Below, one piece after another: positions 27,935 to 37,248 of a stretch of 64,000 bases of DNA. Positions within the stretch are counted from its first letter, which is position 1. Every line of letters starts with the position of its first letter. The position numbers and the translations under genes are program-made. The notes under the pieces were generated by a model. It made no database searches. It was given only the letters and a program-made list of their open reading frames with translations, and was not told where the DNA came from. Location of the stretch: assembly GCA_964605735.1 (NCBI GenBank), contig CAZSDS010000001.1, positions 703,157 through 767,156 of the forward strand, written 5' to 3'. This DNA is from an uncultured Candidatus Saccharibacteria bacterium. GTDB taxonomy: Bacteria; Patescibacteriota; Doudnabacteria; UBA920; O2-02-FULL-48-8.

Positions 27935-28886
27935 TTCGGGAGAATTTAAAAAAGCTTGGGTTTTAATAGAATCATCCCAGAAGATTTTCATGACAACTCA
28001 TGAACATACGGACGGCGATGACTTAGGCAGTCTTCTTGCCATGAAGATCGTGTTGGAGAAAATGGGTAAGGAGCTTTTTTGTATTGTTAACGGAGGTGTG
28101 CCGCATACTTTGAAATTCCTGCCAGGCAGCAGTGAGGTAACCGAGGAATTTCAGAACCGTGATTATGACTTAGTGATCACGTTTGGGTGCAACAGCATTG
28201 ACCGGCCTAATTATCCGGAACTTAAAAATCTGAAATCGAAAATATTGAACTTCGATCACCATCCGGATAACAAGATGTTTGGTCACGTGAACATGGTGGA
28301 TGTCAGCACTGCGGCGGTGGCAGAGTTGGTCTATTATTTTTTTAAATCGAATCCGGAAGTAATAATTGACAAAGACATTGCCACCTGTCTGCTTACTGGG
28401 ATATTTACCGATACGGGCGGCTTCAAGCATTCGAACACCTCAAGCAGGGTTTATGAAGTTGCCGCCGATTTGCTTAAGAAAGGCGCGCGAATCGACAAAA
28501 TTTCCCAGGAGACGTTTGGAAATAAACGTCCGCAAACTTTAAGAGCCTGGGCAAAGGCTTTGGAGAATGCCCGTTTTGACCCGGAAAAACAAATGGTATT
28601 TTCTGTCATGACTGAAGAGGATATGAGAGAGGTGCAGGCCGATGATGAAGATTTAACCGGGTTTGTGGAAGTGCTGAACCATATGCCGCAAGCCAAGTTT
28701 GCTCTGATGTTGAGACAGGATGGGGATGTGGTAAAAGGGAGCTTGCGTTCTGATCCGCACAAAAAAACTGATGTATCGGAAATCGCCAAGACTTTTGGGG
28801 GCGGGGGACACAAGTATGCTTCCGGGTTTAAGGTTAAAGGCAAACTCACGCGTGACGAAAAGGGTTGGAAAATAGTTCCAAGGTAG
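27918..28886 (+). CDS. DHH/DHHA1 phosphoesterase (NrnA-like oligoribonuclease / pAp phosphatase)
   Basis: The HEHTDGDDLGS and DHH motifs and a C-terminal GGGH...ASG DHHA1 domain. Confidence 0.75.
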   Translation: MTMNNNSGEFKKAWVLIESSQKIFMTTHEHTDGDDLGSLLAMKIVLEKMGKELFCIVNGGVPHTLKFLPGSSEVTEEFQNRDYDLVITFGCNSIDRPNYPELKNLKSKILNFDHHPDNKMFGHVNMVDVSTAAVAELVYYFFKSNPEVIIDKDIATCLLTGIFTDTGGFKHSNTSSRVYEVAADLLKKGARIDKISQETFGNKRPQTLRAWAKALENARFDPEKQMVFSVMTEEDMREVQADDEDLTGFVEVLNHMPQAKFALMLRQDGDVVKGSLRSDPHKKTDVSEIAKTFGGGGHKYASGFKVKGKLTRDEKGWKIVPR

Positions 28887-29078
28887 TATCCACAAGACAG
28901 GCATTTACAATAGGTAAAATATTATAGCCATACTGACAAGTGAACAACATTTGGGCCAACCCCAAGACTTAAAACACCTGCAATCAGGCCGGTGTTTTAT
29001 ATTGTAAAATACAGTGTTTCCAAACTTGGTGATTTGCCTTGGTTTATGGTAAAATAAACAGGCATTCATAACATATAT

Positions 29079-31304
29079 ATGGGAAGAAAGAAACAAAAAG
29101 ACCATGATGATTACGGCTTTAGAAGGCCGCAGCTTAATTTGAAAAAAGACACACAGCGCGGAGTCGCTGTTATTGTTTTTATAGTCCTCGCCATCCTGTT
29201 TACCCTAAGCCTCGCCAATATTGCCGGACCTTTCGGTGAGATTTCCAACCGCGTAATGAAACTGGCTTTTGGCTGGATGGCTTATGGCGTGCCTTTAATT
29301 TTTCTGATGGTCGCGACAGCTTTGCTGAAACAAACAGATGAACCTGATGAAGAAAAATCCAAAACCATTTCAACCCATGCTTACGTGGGTGCGGTGTTTT
29401 TGACATTGTCCCTGACCGGCTTGTTGCATTTGATTGTCATTCGCGAAGACTATACGCAAGCTTTCCAAATGGTTAAAGATGGATTAGGCGGCGGTTACTT
29501 GGGATTGTTTACTGCATATCCTTTGATTCAGCTCATGGGGTTTATTGCCAGCCTGGTTGTTTTGCTTGCGGCAATTACCATTTCACTGATTGTCACTTTT
29601 AATGTTTCCATCACAGACTTGTTCAAGCGCAGGCAGAAACCGGAAGAGGCTAAGTTGGCGGTTAAACCCGCGGCGCCTCTGAAAATCAATAATGGCGCAG
29701 CCGGATTCACCAAGGAAGAAGTCGGAGAGATGAACTCAGCCGTGAAAAAGGAAAAGGAAAAACTTGAGCCTGTCGTTAACCAGCTCGGTGATCTTAAAGG
29801 CGGCACGCAAGCAGCTCCTAAGATGATGATGACAGACAAGAACTGGAAACTGCCATCACTTGATCTGCTGGAAGGCAGCAAGAATAAAGTTGATTCTGGA
29901 AATATTGAAGCAAATGTTTCGGTCATTCAAAAAACTCTTGCTGATTTTGGCATTGAGGTGGAAATGGGGGAGGTTAATGTTGGTCCGACTGTCACACAGT
30001 ATACCTTCCGTCCGGCTGTAGGCGTAAAGCTTTCACAAATTGCAGGTCTGCAAAATGATTTGGCTTTGGCTTTGGCGGCCAGCGCCATTCGTATGGAGCT
30101 TCCCATTCCGGGCAAGGCATTGGTTGGTTTGGAAATTCCAAACAACGCAAAAGCCACTGTCCGAATCAAGGAAATTTTGGGACACCAAACATTTACTGAA
30201 CACCAGTCAAAAGTTGCTTTTGCACTTGGCCGGGATGTGTCCGGTGCGCCAATTGTCACTGATTTGGCAAAGATGCCTCACTTGCTGGTAGCAGGTGCAA
30301 CCGGTTCCGGTAAATCCGTGGCCATCAACTCCATTTTGATGAGCTTCCTGTTCCGCTCTTCTCCGTCAGATGTAAAGATGATTTTGGTTGACCCTAAGCG
30401 CGTGGAACTTTCTTTATATAACGGGATTCCTCATTTGTTGACCGGCGTCATCACTGACCACCAGCAGGCGGTTAATGCTTTGCGCTGGACAGTGGGGGAG
30501 ATGGACCGTCGTTATAAATTGCTGCAGGAAGTGGGCAAGCGCAACATAGGAGAGTTTAATGATTCTTTGACAGATACTTCAGCAGTCCGCAAACTGCCGT
30601 ACTTGGTTTTGGTTATTGACGAATTGGCGGATTTGATGAGTGTTGCCCAAACTGAAGTGGAAGCAGCCATTGTTCGTTTGGCGCAAATGGCGCGCGCAGT
30701 GGGAATCCATTTGATAGTCGCTACCCAGCGCCCTTCCGTGGATGTCATTACTGGTTTGATCAAGGCAAACATCACAACCCGCATTGCGTTTGCAGTGGCT
30801 TCGCAGGTTGACTCCCGCACCATTTTGGACATGGCGGGCGCGGAAAAACTGCTTGGTGCCGGAGACATGTTGTATACCAGTTCTGATTTGCCTAAGCCTA
30901 AGCGTATTCAAGGGACTTATGTGAACGAAAAGGAAATCAAGAAAGTTACGGACTTTTTGAAGGAGCAGGCCGGGGACGTTATTTATGATCATAATGTGGT
31001 GGAACGGCCGCAACGAGACGTGACTATTCCTGGATTTGAAGGGGTTGGGCAGAGCGACAGCAATGAAGATGATTTGCTGTCTGAAGCAATAGAAACTGTC
31101 CAGGCTGCTGGCAAAGCTTCGGCGTCATTATTACAGAGACGATTGCGAGTTGGTTATGCTCGCGCGGCCAGGCTTTTGGATATTTTGGAAGAGAAGGGAA
31201 TTGTTGGTCCGGCAGATGGTGCCAAGCCTCGCGAAGTTTATGGTGCGACTGGCGGCGATGATGCGGCAGAAGAGGGTTATGGAAGTGATGAAGGAAACGC
31301 TTAA
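29079..31304 (+). CDS. ftsK: DNA translocase FtsK/SpoIIIE
   Basis: Four or five N-terminal TM helices, Walker A GATGSGKS, and a gamma domain LLQRRLRVGYARAARLLDILEEKGIVG. Confidence 0.9.
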   Translation: MGRKKQKDHDDYGFRRPQLNLKKDTQRGVAVIVFIVLAILFTLSLANIAGPFGEISNRVMKLAFGWMAYGVPLIFLMVATALLKQTDEPDEEKSKTISTHAYVGAVFLTLSLTGLLHLIVIREDYTQAFQMVKDGLGGGYLGLFTAYPLIQLMGFIASLVVLLAAITISLIVTFNVSITDLFKRRQKPEEAKLAVKPAAPLKINNGAAGFTKEEVGEMNSAVKKEKEKLEPVVNQLGDLKGGTQAAPKMMMTDKNWKLPSLDLLEGSKNKVDSGNIEANVSVIQKTLADFGIEVEMGEVNVGPTVTQYTFRPAVGVKLSQIAGLQNDLALALAASAIRMELPIPGKALVGLEIPNNAKATVRIKEILGHQTFTEHQSKVAFALGRDVSGAPIVTDLAKMPHLLVAGATGSGKSVAINSILMSFLFRSSPSDVKMILVDPKRVELSLYNGIPHLLTGVITDHQQAVNALRWTVGEMDRRYKLLQEVGKRNIGEFNDSLTDTSAVRKLPYLVLVIDELADLMSVAQTEVEAAIVRLAQMARAVGIHLIVATQRPSVDVITGLIKANITTRIAFAVASQVDSRTILDMAGAEKLLGAGDMLYTSSDLPKPKRIQGTYVNEKEIKKVTDFLKEQAGDVIYDHNVVERPQRDVTIPGFEGVGQSDSNEDDLLSEAIETVQAAGKASASLLQRRLRVGYARAARLLDILEEKGIVGPADGAKPREVYGATGGDDAAEEGYGSDEGNA

Positions 31305-31325
31305 GCAGTAAAAAATCCAATTATC

Positions 31326-31490
31326 CTTCGAACGTAGTGAGAAGTTAATAGTAACCCATAGTTCTCGCGGAGGCTCGAACAATAATATTTAAACTCTGGC
31401 ATTTACATCTTCGAGCGAATTAGCGAGAAGTTAAGCATCCTTATTTTTAGTTCTCGCGAAGCTCGAATAACAAACATTTCATTCTTGAAC
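31326..31490 (+). repeat. two tandem ~83-bp direct repeats, each containing a stem-loop
   Basis: R1 (31326-31408) and R2 (31409-~31490) align at about 75% identity. Each carries CGAGAAgtta...TTCTCG inverted repeats. They lie upstream of the RodZ-like gene. Confidence 0.6.
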
Positions 31491-32453
31491 AATAAGATTT
31501 CTAACATGTCACAAGATCAGCCATTATTCAAAACAAAGGAAGTCAGGATTGATACTCTCGGCGAATATCTCAAGCAAATTCGCGAACAGCTGAACTTCGA
31601 CATAAAAACCGCGAGCATTCTGACACAGATCAAACCGAAGTATTTGGAAAGCCTGGAGGCCGGAGATTATGACAGCCTCCCCTCAGACGTATACATCCGC
31701 GGTTTCATAAAAAGCCTGGCGCGGGTATACAACCTTGAAGAAAAAGTTTTGATCGAACAGTACGAAAAAGAACACGGGTTTACCCCAAAAGCCCGCCCAA
31801 CCACAAACATACAAACAAAAAAGCAATTCAATTTTACGCCCAAGACAATCATTGTCTTGGTCAGTTTGTTATTAGGGGTGCTTGCGGTTGGGTATGTGGC
31901 CAGCCAGATCAGGTCTGTTCTGGCGCCACCGTTACTGGAGCTGGAAGAACCGGGAGAAGATATTACTATTCAGGGCAATACCTTGGTTATTTCAGGGCGC
32001 GCAGAAGTTGGCGCAGATGTTACCATCAATGAACAAATTGTGTTGCTTGACCGGAACGGCCAGTTTACGGAAAGTCTGATTCTGAGCCCTGGATTAAATG
32101 TCATTGAAGTCAAGGCAAGAAATAGGTTTGAAAAAGAAAGTGTTGTTAGTAGGCGGGTAAATGCAGAGCTGCCGCAGAATGTGGTAGTTGCCCCAACCGC
32201 GCCTGTCACAGTAACTATTGAGGTGGGTCCAGAAAGTGCTTGGATTTATCTGGAAGCGGATGGGGTGGTGGTGCAGCGCGGAACAATGTTGCCAAATTCT
32301 ACAAAGACGGTGACGGCATCAAATGATGTTTTGCTCACTTCCGCCAATGCTGGCTCAACAAAGGTGATTTACAATGGCAAAGATTTGGGGGTAATGGGAC
32401 GATTAGGTGAAGTAATTAGGAATGTGGAATTTACGGCAACGCCGTTGCAGTAA
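31485..32453 (+). CDS. RodZ-like HTH / DUF4115 membrane protein
   Basis: N-terminal XRE-type HTH (LGEYLKQIREQLNFDIKTAS), a central TM, and a C-terminal beta-rich domain. Confidence 0.6.
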   Translation: MNNKISNMSQDQPLFKTKEVRIDTLGEYLKQIREQLNFDIKTASILTQIKPKYLESLEAGDYDSLPSDVYIRGFIKSLARVYNLEEKVLIEQYEKEHGFTPKARPTTNIQTKKQFNFTPKTIIVLVSLLLGVLAVGYVASQIRSVLAPPLLELEEPGEDITIQGNTLVISGRAEVGADVTINEQIVLLDRNGQFTESLILSPGLNVIEVKARNRFEKESVVSRRVNAELPQNVVVAPTAPVTVTIEVGPESAWIYLEADGVVVQRGTMLPNSTKTVTASNDVLLTSANAGSTKVIYNGKDLGVMGRLGEVIRNVEFTATPLQ

Positions 32454-32538
32454 ACAGTTATCATTTTACGTCGGTTATTGCCGGCGTTTTTTATTTCAGG
32501 ATACTGTGTTATAGTTCTGAAAAGACAAGGAGGTTTTC

Positions 32539-32745
32539 ATGTTCCCGATTGGAGTATTGTCGATTGACATCCGTCGCTATGTAGAGCGTGGCAAACGGGT
32601 CACCATTGAAGAGCTTGCCGACGTTCTCAAAAGGCCAATGGACGAAGTCCGCTCAGAGATAGAAGTCTTGAGCGAGAAAGACGAAATCAGATTCTACGAT
32701 GGCTGGGTCTATCCAAACTTCAGTCCATCTGCCTTCGAAAAGTGA
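32539..32745 (+). CDS. small hypothetical protein (68 aa)
   Basis: Strong SD AAGGAGG 6 nt before the ATG. Confidence 0.55.
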   Translation: MFPIGVLSIDIRRYVERGKRVTIEELADVLKRPMDEVRSEIEVLSEKDEIRFYDGWVYPNFSPSAFEK

Positions 32746-32835
32746 GCAATCTGAGAACAATGAACCGTGATGGTTCTTATCAACAACCCACCTCTTGACC
32801 AGGGGTGTTTTTATTTTCTAATATTTAGTCTTTCG

Positions 32836-32849
32836 CAAACACTTGTTTG
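32836..32849 (+). promoter_or_regulatory. putative LexA (Cheo-type) box upstream of recA
   Basis: CAAACACTTGTTTG is a perfect 6-bp inverted repeat with AAAC-N4-GTTT geometry. It lies about 100 bp upstream of recA and just upstream of a putative TTGccc-17-TATACT promoter (32856-32884). Confidence 0.4.
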
Positions 32850-32951
32850 AAAAACTTGCCCGGATTAAAATACCGGCTTATACTTAATCTACTTTAACCA
32901 AGGATTCGGGGGCGATGGCGGAAAGGCTCCAGAATCCAGACAGGAAACAGA

Positions 32952-33983
32952 ATGGCAAAAAAAGAACGTGAAGAAAAAACAACTGGCGGCGGTTTAGAAA
33001 ATGCTCTCGCCTCAATCAGAGACAAATTCGGAGAGGGTTCAATCATGACTTTGCAGAAAGCAACCACCATGCACGTGGAGACAATTCCAACCGGATCAAT
33101 CTCACTTGACCTAGCACTCGGTGCCGGCGGAATTCCCAAGGGACGCATCATAGAAATTTTCGGACCTGAAGCATCCGGCAAAACCACCCTTGCCATGCAC
33201 ATCATGGCTGAGGTCCAGAAGCGCGGAGGAGTTGCTGCGTTCGTAGACGCTGAGCATGCTCTTGACCCTGACCGGGCAAAAGCTGTTGGAGTTAAGATCG
33301 ATAAACTTTTGATTTCACAACCGGACAGCGGCGAGCAAGCTCTGGACATTGTTGAGACCCTGGTCAGATCAAACTCAGTCGATGTGATTGTGGTGGACTC
33401 GGTGGCCGCGCTTACACCAAGAGCGGAGCTGGAAGGGGAAATGGGCGACTCACACATGGGCTTGCACGCAAGGCTCATGAGCCAGGCTCTCAGAAAACTT
33501 ACAGCGATCATTTCCAAATCCCGTTCCACAGTCATCTTCATCAACCAGATCAGAATGAAGATCGGAGTCATGTTCGGCAACCCGGAGACGACCACCGGCG
33601 GACAAGCACTCAAGTTCTACTCCTCAGTCCGGATTGAAGTCAGACGGCTTGCCCAGATCAAATCCGGAGAAACCATTGTGGGTAACCGGGTCAAAGCCAA
33701 GATTGTTAAGAACAAAGTTGCCGCTCCATTCAAAGTCGCGGAGTTTGATATCATGTTCAGCGAAGGCGGAATTTCTTACGCCGGCGACTTGCTTGACACC
33801 GGCATTGCCTGTGGTGTTGTCACCAAATCAGGGAATACCCATTCCTTTAAGGACGTGAAACTTGGGGTTGGTCGGGAAAACGCCAAAACATTCCTGCGAG
33901 AAAACCCAAAGATTACATCCGAGATTGAGAAAAATATCCGTGCAAAGTCTAAGGAAATTGATTTATCGGATTCAAAAGAGTAA
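32952..33983 (+). CDS. recA: recombinase RecA
   Basis: [13 protein letters not shown] Walker A and the canonical RecA core sequence throughout. Confidence 0.95.
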   Translation: MAKKEREEKTTGGGLENALASIRDKFGEGSIMTLQKATTMHVETIPTGSISLDLALGAGGIPKGRIIEIFGPEASGKTTLAMHIMAEVQKRGGVAAFVDAEHALDPDRAKAVGVKIDKLLISQPDSGEQALDIVETLVRSNSVDVIVVDSVAALTPRAELEGEMGDSHMGLHARLMSQALRKLTAIISKSRSTVIFINQIRMKIGVMFGNPETTTGGQALKFYSSVRIEVRRLAQIKSGETIVGNRVKAKIVKNKVAAPFKVAEFDIMFSEGGISYAGDLLDTGIACGVVTKSGNTHSFKDVKLGVGRENAKTFLRENPKITSEIEKNIRAKSKEIDLSDSKE

Positions 33984-34155
33984 AAAACACACGGCTCAAG
34001 TCAAGTTAAGGCAAATTTATGAAACCAGACCAAAGGTAAACAGCCAGGGTCTGGTTTTGGATTTGTGAAACATCTGGGATCGCCGTTAAATAAATTGACT
34101 AAAAATTCGTTCCAAAACTTACCTTGACTTTGGGTGCTCATTTAAGTTGTAAACG

Positions 34156-34184
34156 TTGACAATCGACCAAATTTTTGCTATACT
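34156..34184 (+). promoter_or_regulatory. consensus sigma70 promoter TTGACA-17-TATACT
   Basis: -35 TTGACA at 34156-34161, -10 TATACT at 34179-34184. No ORF follows. Confidence 0.6.
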
Positions 34185-34189
34185 TAGTA

Positions 34190-34607
34190 CATAGTTAAGT
34201 GAAGTACATTAAAAAATACGAAACAAAAGTTAGCGGAGAAAGCCGAGAGCTCAAAAAAATTGAACTTCTGGCGTTCTCCACTATTCGTCATAGCCGTCTA
34301 GCCCGGCTGATTGAAAAACAAAAATAAAAAACAAAAAAATTGCTCTTTTGGTCGCACAAAAAGTTCGCACAAAACAAAAATAAAAAGAGACACGTTTGAG
34401 GTCCACAAGACCATAAGAACAGTGGGAACGTTCGCTCTTATAAAGAGGCTAGCAATATAAGGAAACACCTTCACAAGACGATGCGTGCCATTGCCCTGGA
34501 CTTGAGTCCGCTAACCATTAGCGGCATAGCGGATTGGGGTCCAAGGCGATGACAGGCTCCTATGAAGGCCCTCATAGTGAGAGGACCTTGTCCTCGCTAA
34601 TTATTTA
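34190..34607 (+). ncRNA. candidate structured non-coding RNA of unknown family (~415 nt)
   Basis: Strong promoter upstream. The GC-rich 3' half (34380-34600) is made of consecutive hairpins (CTTATA..TATAAG, GGACTtgAGTCC, CCGCTAAccaTTAGCGG, CTATGAaggcccTCATAG). It ends in the terminator GAGGAC-cttg-GTCCTC plus a T-rich tract. Confidence 0.35.
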
Positions 34608-34730
34608 TTTTATATTAGGCGGTACGCTCAAGTTCCTCTCCTATATCCATTTCTCACTATGAAAAAATGACTACAACGCGCAAGGCGTTTTTTTTGTACC
34701 GAAATTTTTTGCTGTACATTTCTGCAGTTG

Positions 34731-34759
34731 TCTCAAGAGCAAGAGTCTGGTATATTAGA
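34731..34759 (+). promoter_or_regulatory. putative promoter TTGTCT-17-TATATT for the dksA/traR-like gene
   Basis: Hexamers spaced 17 bp apart, about 25 bp upstream of the start codon. Confidence 0.4.
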
Positions 34760-34779
34760 AACACTTAAACGAGAACAAT

Positions 34780-35136
34780 ATGAACGAAAAATTACTACAG
34801 GAAAATAAAGCTAAGCTTGAATCAGAACGAGACAGGTTGCGCGGTGTCCTTGGACGTGAAAATATTCATGATGGTCCAGGCGCGTTCCCGGGAGAATACA
34901 AGCCAAAGTTTGATGAGGTTGGAAGGCAGGATGATGAGAACGCTTCTGAAGTCGAGAACTACGCAAATGCTCTGGGTGAAACAAATGTCCTTGAAGGACG
35001 GCTCCAGAAAATTGAAGCCGCTTTGCAAAGAATCGCGGACGGCACTTACGGCAAATGCAAGGAAGGTGATGATATAGAAGAAGAAAGGTTGCGTGCCGTA
35101 CCTGAAGCTGATACCTGCATGAAGCACTCAGTATAA
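34780..35136 (+). CDS. DksA/TraR-family protein (degenerate C4 zinc finger)
   Basis: Coiled-coil N-terminus and a C-terminal GTYGKC...C segment characteristic of the TraR/DksA family. Confidence 0.65.
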   Translation: MNEKLLQENKAKLESERDRLRGVLGRENIHDGPGAFPGEYKPKFDEVGRQDDENASEVENYANALGETNVLEGRLQKIEAALQRIADGTYGKCKEGDDIEEERLRAVPEADTCMKHSV

Positions 35137-35142
35137 TTAGTC

Positions 35143-35580
35143 ATGCACAGGCTGTTTATAGTTTTTGTTTTGATTGATCAAATCACGAAGATGCTGCTCG
35201 CATCCCGTGATTTTTTTATTCTTGGTTTGCACCTCCACCCGATGAAAAATTTTGGCTTGCCTTTTGGTTTGGACTTTGGAGGGGTTTGGAATTTTATTTT
35301 GCTTTGCGTGGTCTATGCTGTTGCGTTGTGGTACATAAAGCACCTGCCAAGCAAATCCATTTGGATGTATGCAGGCAAATCCATGTTTTTGGCAGGAGCT
35401 GCTTCAAACTTAATTGACCGGATTTTTTTCGGTTACGTCAGAGATTTTATAGACATCAGTTTGGGTTTTGTTTTTAATTTGGCTGATCTGTTTATTGTTG
35501 TTGGATTGGCAATTATACTTTTGCTTCCACCGGACAAGACAAGAACAGTGGAAAATTCACACCCAATTAGCAAAACCTAA
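35143..35580 (+). CDS. lspA: lipoprotein signal peptidase II
   Basis: Conserved NxGxxFG and FNLAD motifs; four TM helices. Confidence 0.8.
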   Translation: MHRLFIVFVLIDQITKMLLASRDFFILGLHLHPMKNFGLPFGLDFGGVWNFILLCVVYAVALWYIKHLPSKSIWMYAGKSMFLAGAASNLIDRIFFGYVRDFIDISLGFVFNLADLFIVVGLAIILLLPPDKTRTVENSHPISKT

Positions 35581-35687
35581 CAAAAATATCCGCAAGCAGA
35601 AAGGTATTTACTCCGAATTGTCTGATGACTTAAATTTCTGCTTGCGGTATAAATAGAGGAGATCAACGTAAGAAGGGAGGTGGTTAC

Positions 35688-35816
35688 ATGGCTAGGAACA
35701 ATAATAAGGGTCGAGGATGGTTTGGGGACTCAGCCAGACACGCCGCTGCCGGAAGACTTGGTGGCAGAGCGCGCGGCAGAAAGCGCAAGAACAGTTCAGA
35801 AAGTGAAAACGAGTAG
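35688..35816 (+). CDS. tiny (42 aa) Arg/Gly-rich basic protein
   Basis: Strong SD AAGGGAGGTG 7 nt before the ATG, and a terminator hairpin GCAGA-ttgaataatg-TCTGC-TTTTT at 35921-35948. Sequence: MARNNNKGRGWFGDSARHAAAGRLGGRARGRKRKNSSESENE. Confidence 0.5.
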   Translation: MARNNNKGRGWFGDSARHAAAGRLGGRARGRKRKNSSESENE

Positions 35817-35976
35817 CTGTTAGGCCGGCCCAATTAACAGACCAGGGTGGCGAACCCCTCTGTTTCTTGGGGTTTATACGGATATCTTCAACAATGAAGC
35901 AGAACATGAAGAATTAAAAGGCAGATTGAATAATGTCTGCTTTTTCGTTATTATATATGGGCTTTCCCAGTAAATA

Positions 35977-36012
35977 GGGCCTGTAACTCAGTTGGTTAGA
36001 GCATGTGTCTTA
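35977..36012 (+). pseudogene. tRNA-like 5'-half fragment (acceptor, D-arm and start of anticodon arm only)
   Basis: GGGCCTGTAACTCAGTTGGTTAGAGCATGTGTCTTAC resembles the 5' half of the downstream tRNA (GGGCATGTAGCTCAGCGGTAGAGCGAATGTCTTATAC). No T-arm or 3' acceptor strand follows. Confidence 0.5.
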
Positions 36013-36045
36013 CCCGCCTGCCTCAATATATTTCAATTAATTCTT

Positions 36046-36120
36046 GGGCATGTAGCTCAGCGGTAGAGCGAATGTCTTATACACATTTGGTCCCAGGTTC
36101 GAATCCTGGCATGCCCACCA
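36046..36120 (+). tRNA. tRNA with anticodon UAU (predicted tRNA-Ile, AUA-reading)
   Basis: Hand-folded: acceptor GGGCATG/CATGCCC, D-arm GCTCAGCGGTAGAGC, anticodon stem AATGT/ACATT with loop CTTATAC, T-arm CCAGGTTCGAATCCTGG, A discriminator, CCA. Confidence 0.65.
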
Positions 36121-36307
36121 AGAAAACAATTTCCAGACATGGGCGGGCAGGTACACACAGGTGTCGACTATTGAGAACACATCATTTCAAGTGATCCGAT
36201 AAATAGTCGTAAAAATTAAAGGGTAAAGAAAGTACCACTCATTTTTGTGCAGCAATATCTTTTACCGTCTTCACCCTCTTAATTGAAAAAAATATTTTTA
36301 AATAAAA

Positions 36308-37069
36308 ATGAAGCGAAACCTATTTTCAATTCTAACCCCCACTTACAACCGCGCTGAGAAATTTTTGCCACAGACCATAAAATCAGTGCAAAGGCAAAAA
36401 GAAAAAGGTTTTGAGCATGAGCATATTATTGTAGACAATGCTTCCAGCGACGACACAGCAAAGGTGGTGCGCGAGTTCGCCAAAAAAGACAAGCGCATTA
36501 AATACATTCGCAACCCAAAGAACGCTGGACCAGGTCCGGCTTTAAATTTGGCTTTTAAAAAATCCAAGGGCGAGTTTATAGTACCTTTGGATGATGATGA
36601 CCTTTTGCCGCACCACAGCCTGCAAATGCGTTTTGACTACATGAAAGGGATGCCGGAAATTGATTGGAGTTTTGGATATTGCCTGCATGTGGACCAGGAC
36701 AGAAAGTACGTGGGGGAGTGGGATTCGCCGGCACCCACCGACAACAAAACTTTTTTAAAAAAGAATTTAGTGAACAATTTGATTATCAATGGCACAGTAA
36801 CCATGCGCCGCAAGTGCATAGAAACTGTTAAAGGTTGGGATAAGAATGTTGATGCTGGGCAGGATTGGGCCATGTGGTGTTCACTGCTGTATTATGGACT
36901 CAAGCCGGGATTGATCAAATCCTACCTTTCAATTTACAGATTTCATCCAGGTCAGCGCAGTCATATAAATCTGAAAGAAGGCCGCTGGAACAAAACTAAG
37001 GCGTACATGCTCAAAAAGTTTAAAATAAAACATTCGGAAAAATCTTGGTTTGTGGATAAGGCTGGATAA
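36308..37069 (+). CDS. family 2 glycosyltransferase
   Basis: LTPTYNRAEKF...IVDNASSDDT...PLDDDD (DxD) GT-A motifs. Confidence 0.8.
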   Translation: MKRNLFSILTPTYNRAEKFLPQTIKSVQRQKEKGFEHEHIIVDNASSDDTAKVVREFAKKDKRIKYIRNPKNAGPGPALNLAFKKSKGEFIVPLDDDDLLPHHSLQMRFDYMKGMPEIDWSFGYCLHVDQDRKYVGEWDSPAPTDNKTFLKKNLVNNLIINGTVTMRRKCIETVKGWDKNVDAGQDWAMWCSLLYYGLKPGLIKSYLSIYRFHPGQRSHINLKEGRWNKTKAYMLKKFKIKHSEKSWFVDKAG

Positions 37070-37098
37070 GCCTTATTTTATTTAAGAAATTGCAGCTC

Positions 37099-37127
37099 TT
37101 GACAGTGGGTGAACGATCGTTTACCAT
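37099..37127 (+). promoter_or_regulatory. putative promoter TTGACA-17-TACCAT with embedded Cheo-type LexA box GAACGATCGTTT (37111-37122)
   Basis: The box has GAAC-N4-GTTT geometry and sits between the -35 and -10 elements, upstream of the hypothetical-lexA-small ORF operon. Confidence 0.45.
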
Positions 37128-37248
37128 ACAGTCATGGAAGCTAACAACGAAGGAATTGGTAATATCCTTGCCGCCTGGATACTACTGGTTCCTTCGAAAC
37201 TTCCAGTAGAAGTAAGGTTCTCGTTGGAGGCCTGAAGGAATAAGAATT

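Noticed and set aside
35692-35907. 71-aa minus-strand ORF.
   Set aside because: Antisense to the SD-equipped 42-aa micro-gene and its terminator. No RBS.
35977-36120. Possibility that the tRNA fragment plus the complete tRNA represent one intron-containing or permuted tRNA gene.
   Set aside because: The downstream tRNA(UAU) folds completely on its own: 75 nt, all four arms, CCA. The upstream piece lacks a T-arm and a 3' acceptor strand. It is better read as a duplicated 5'-half remnant.
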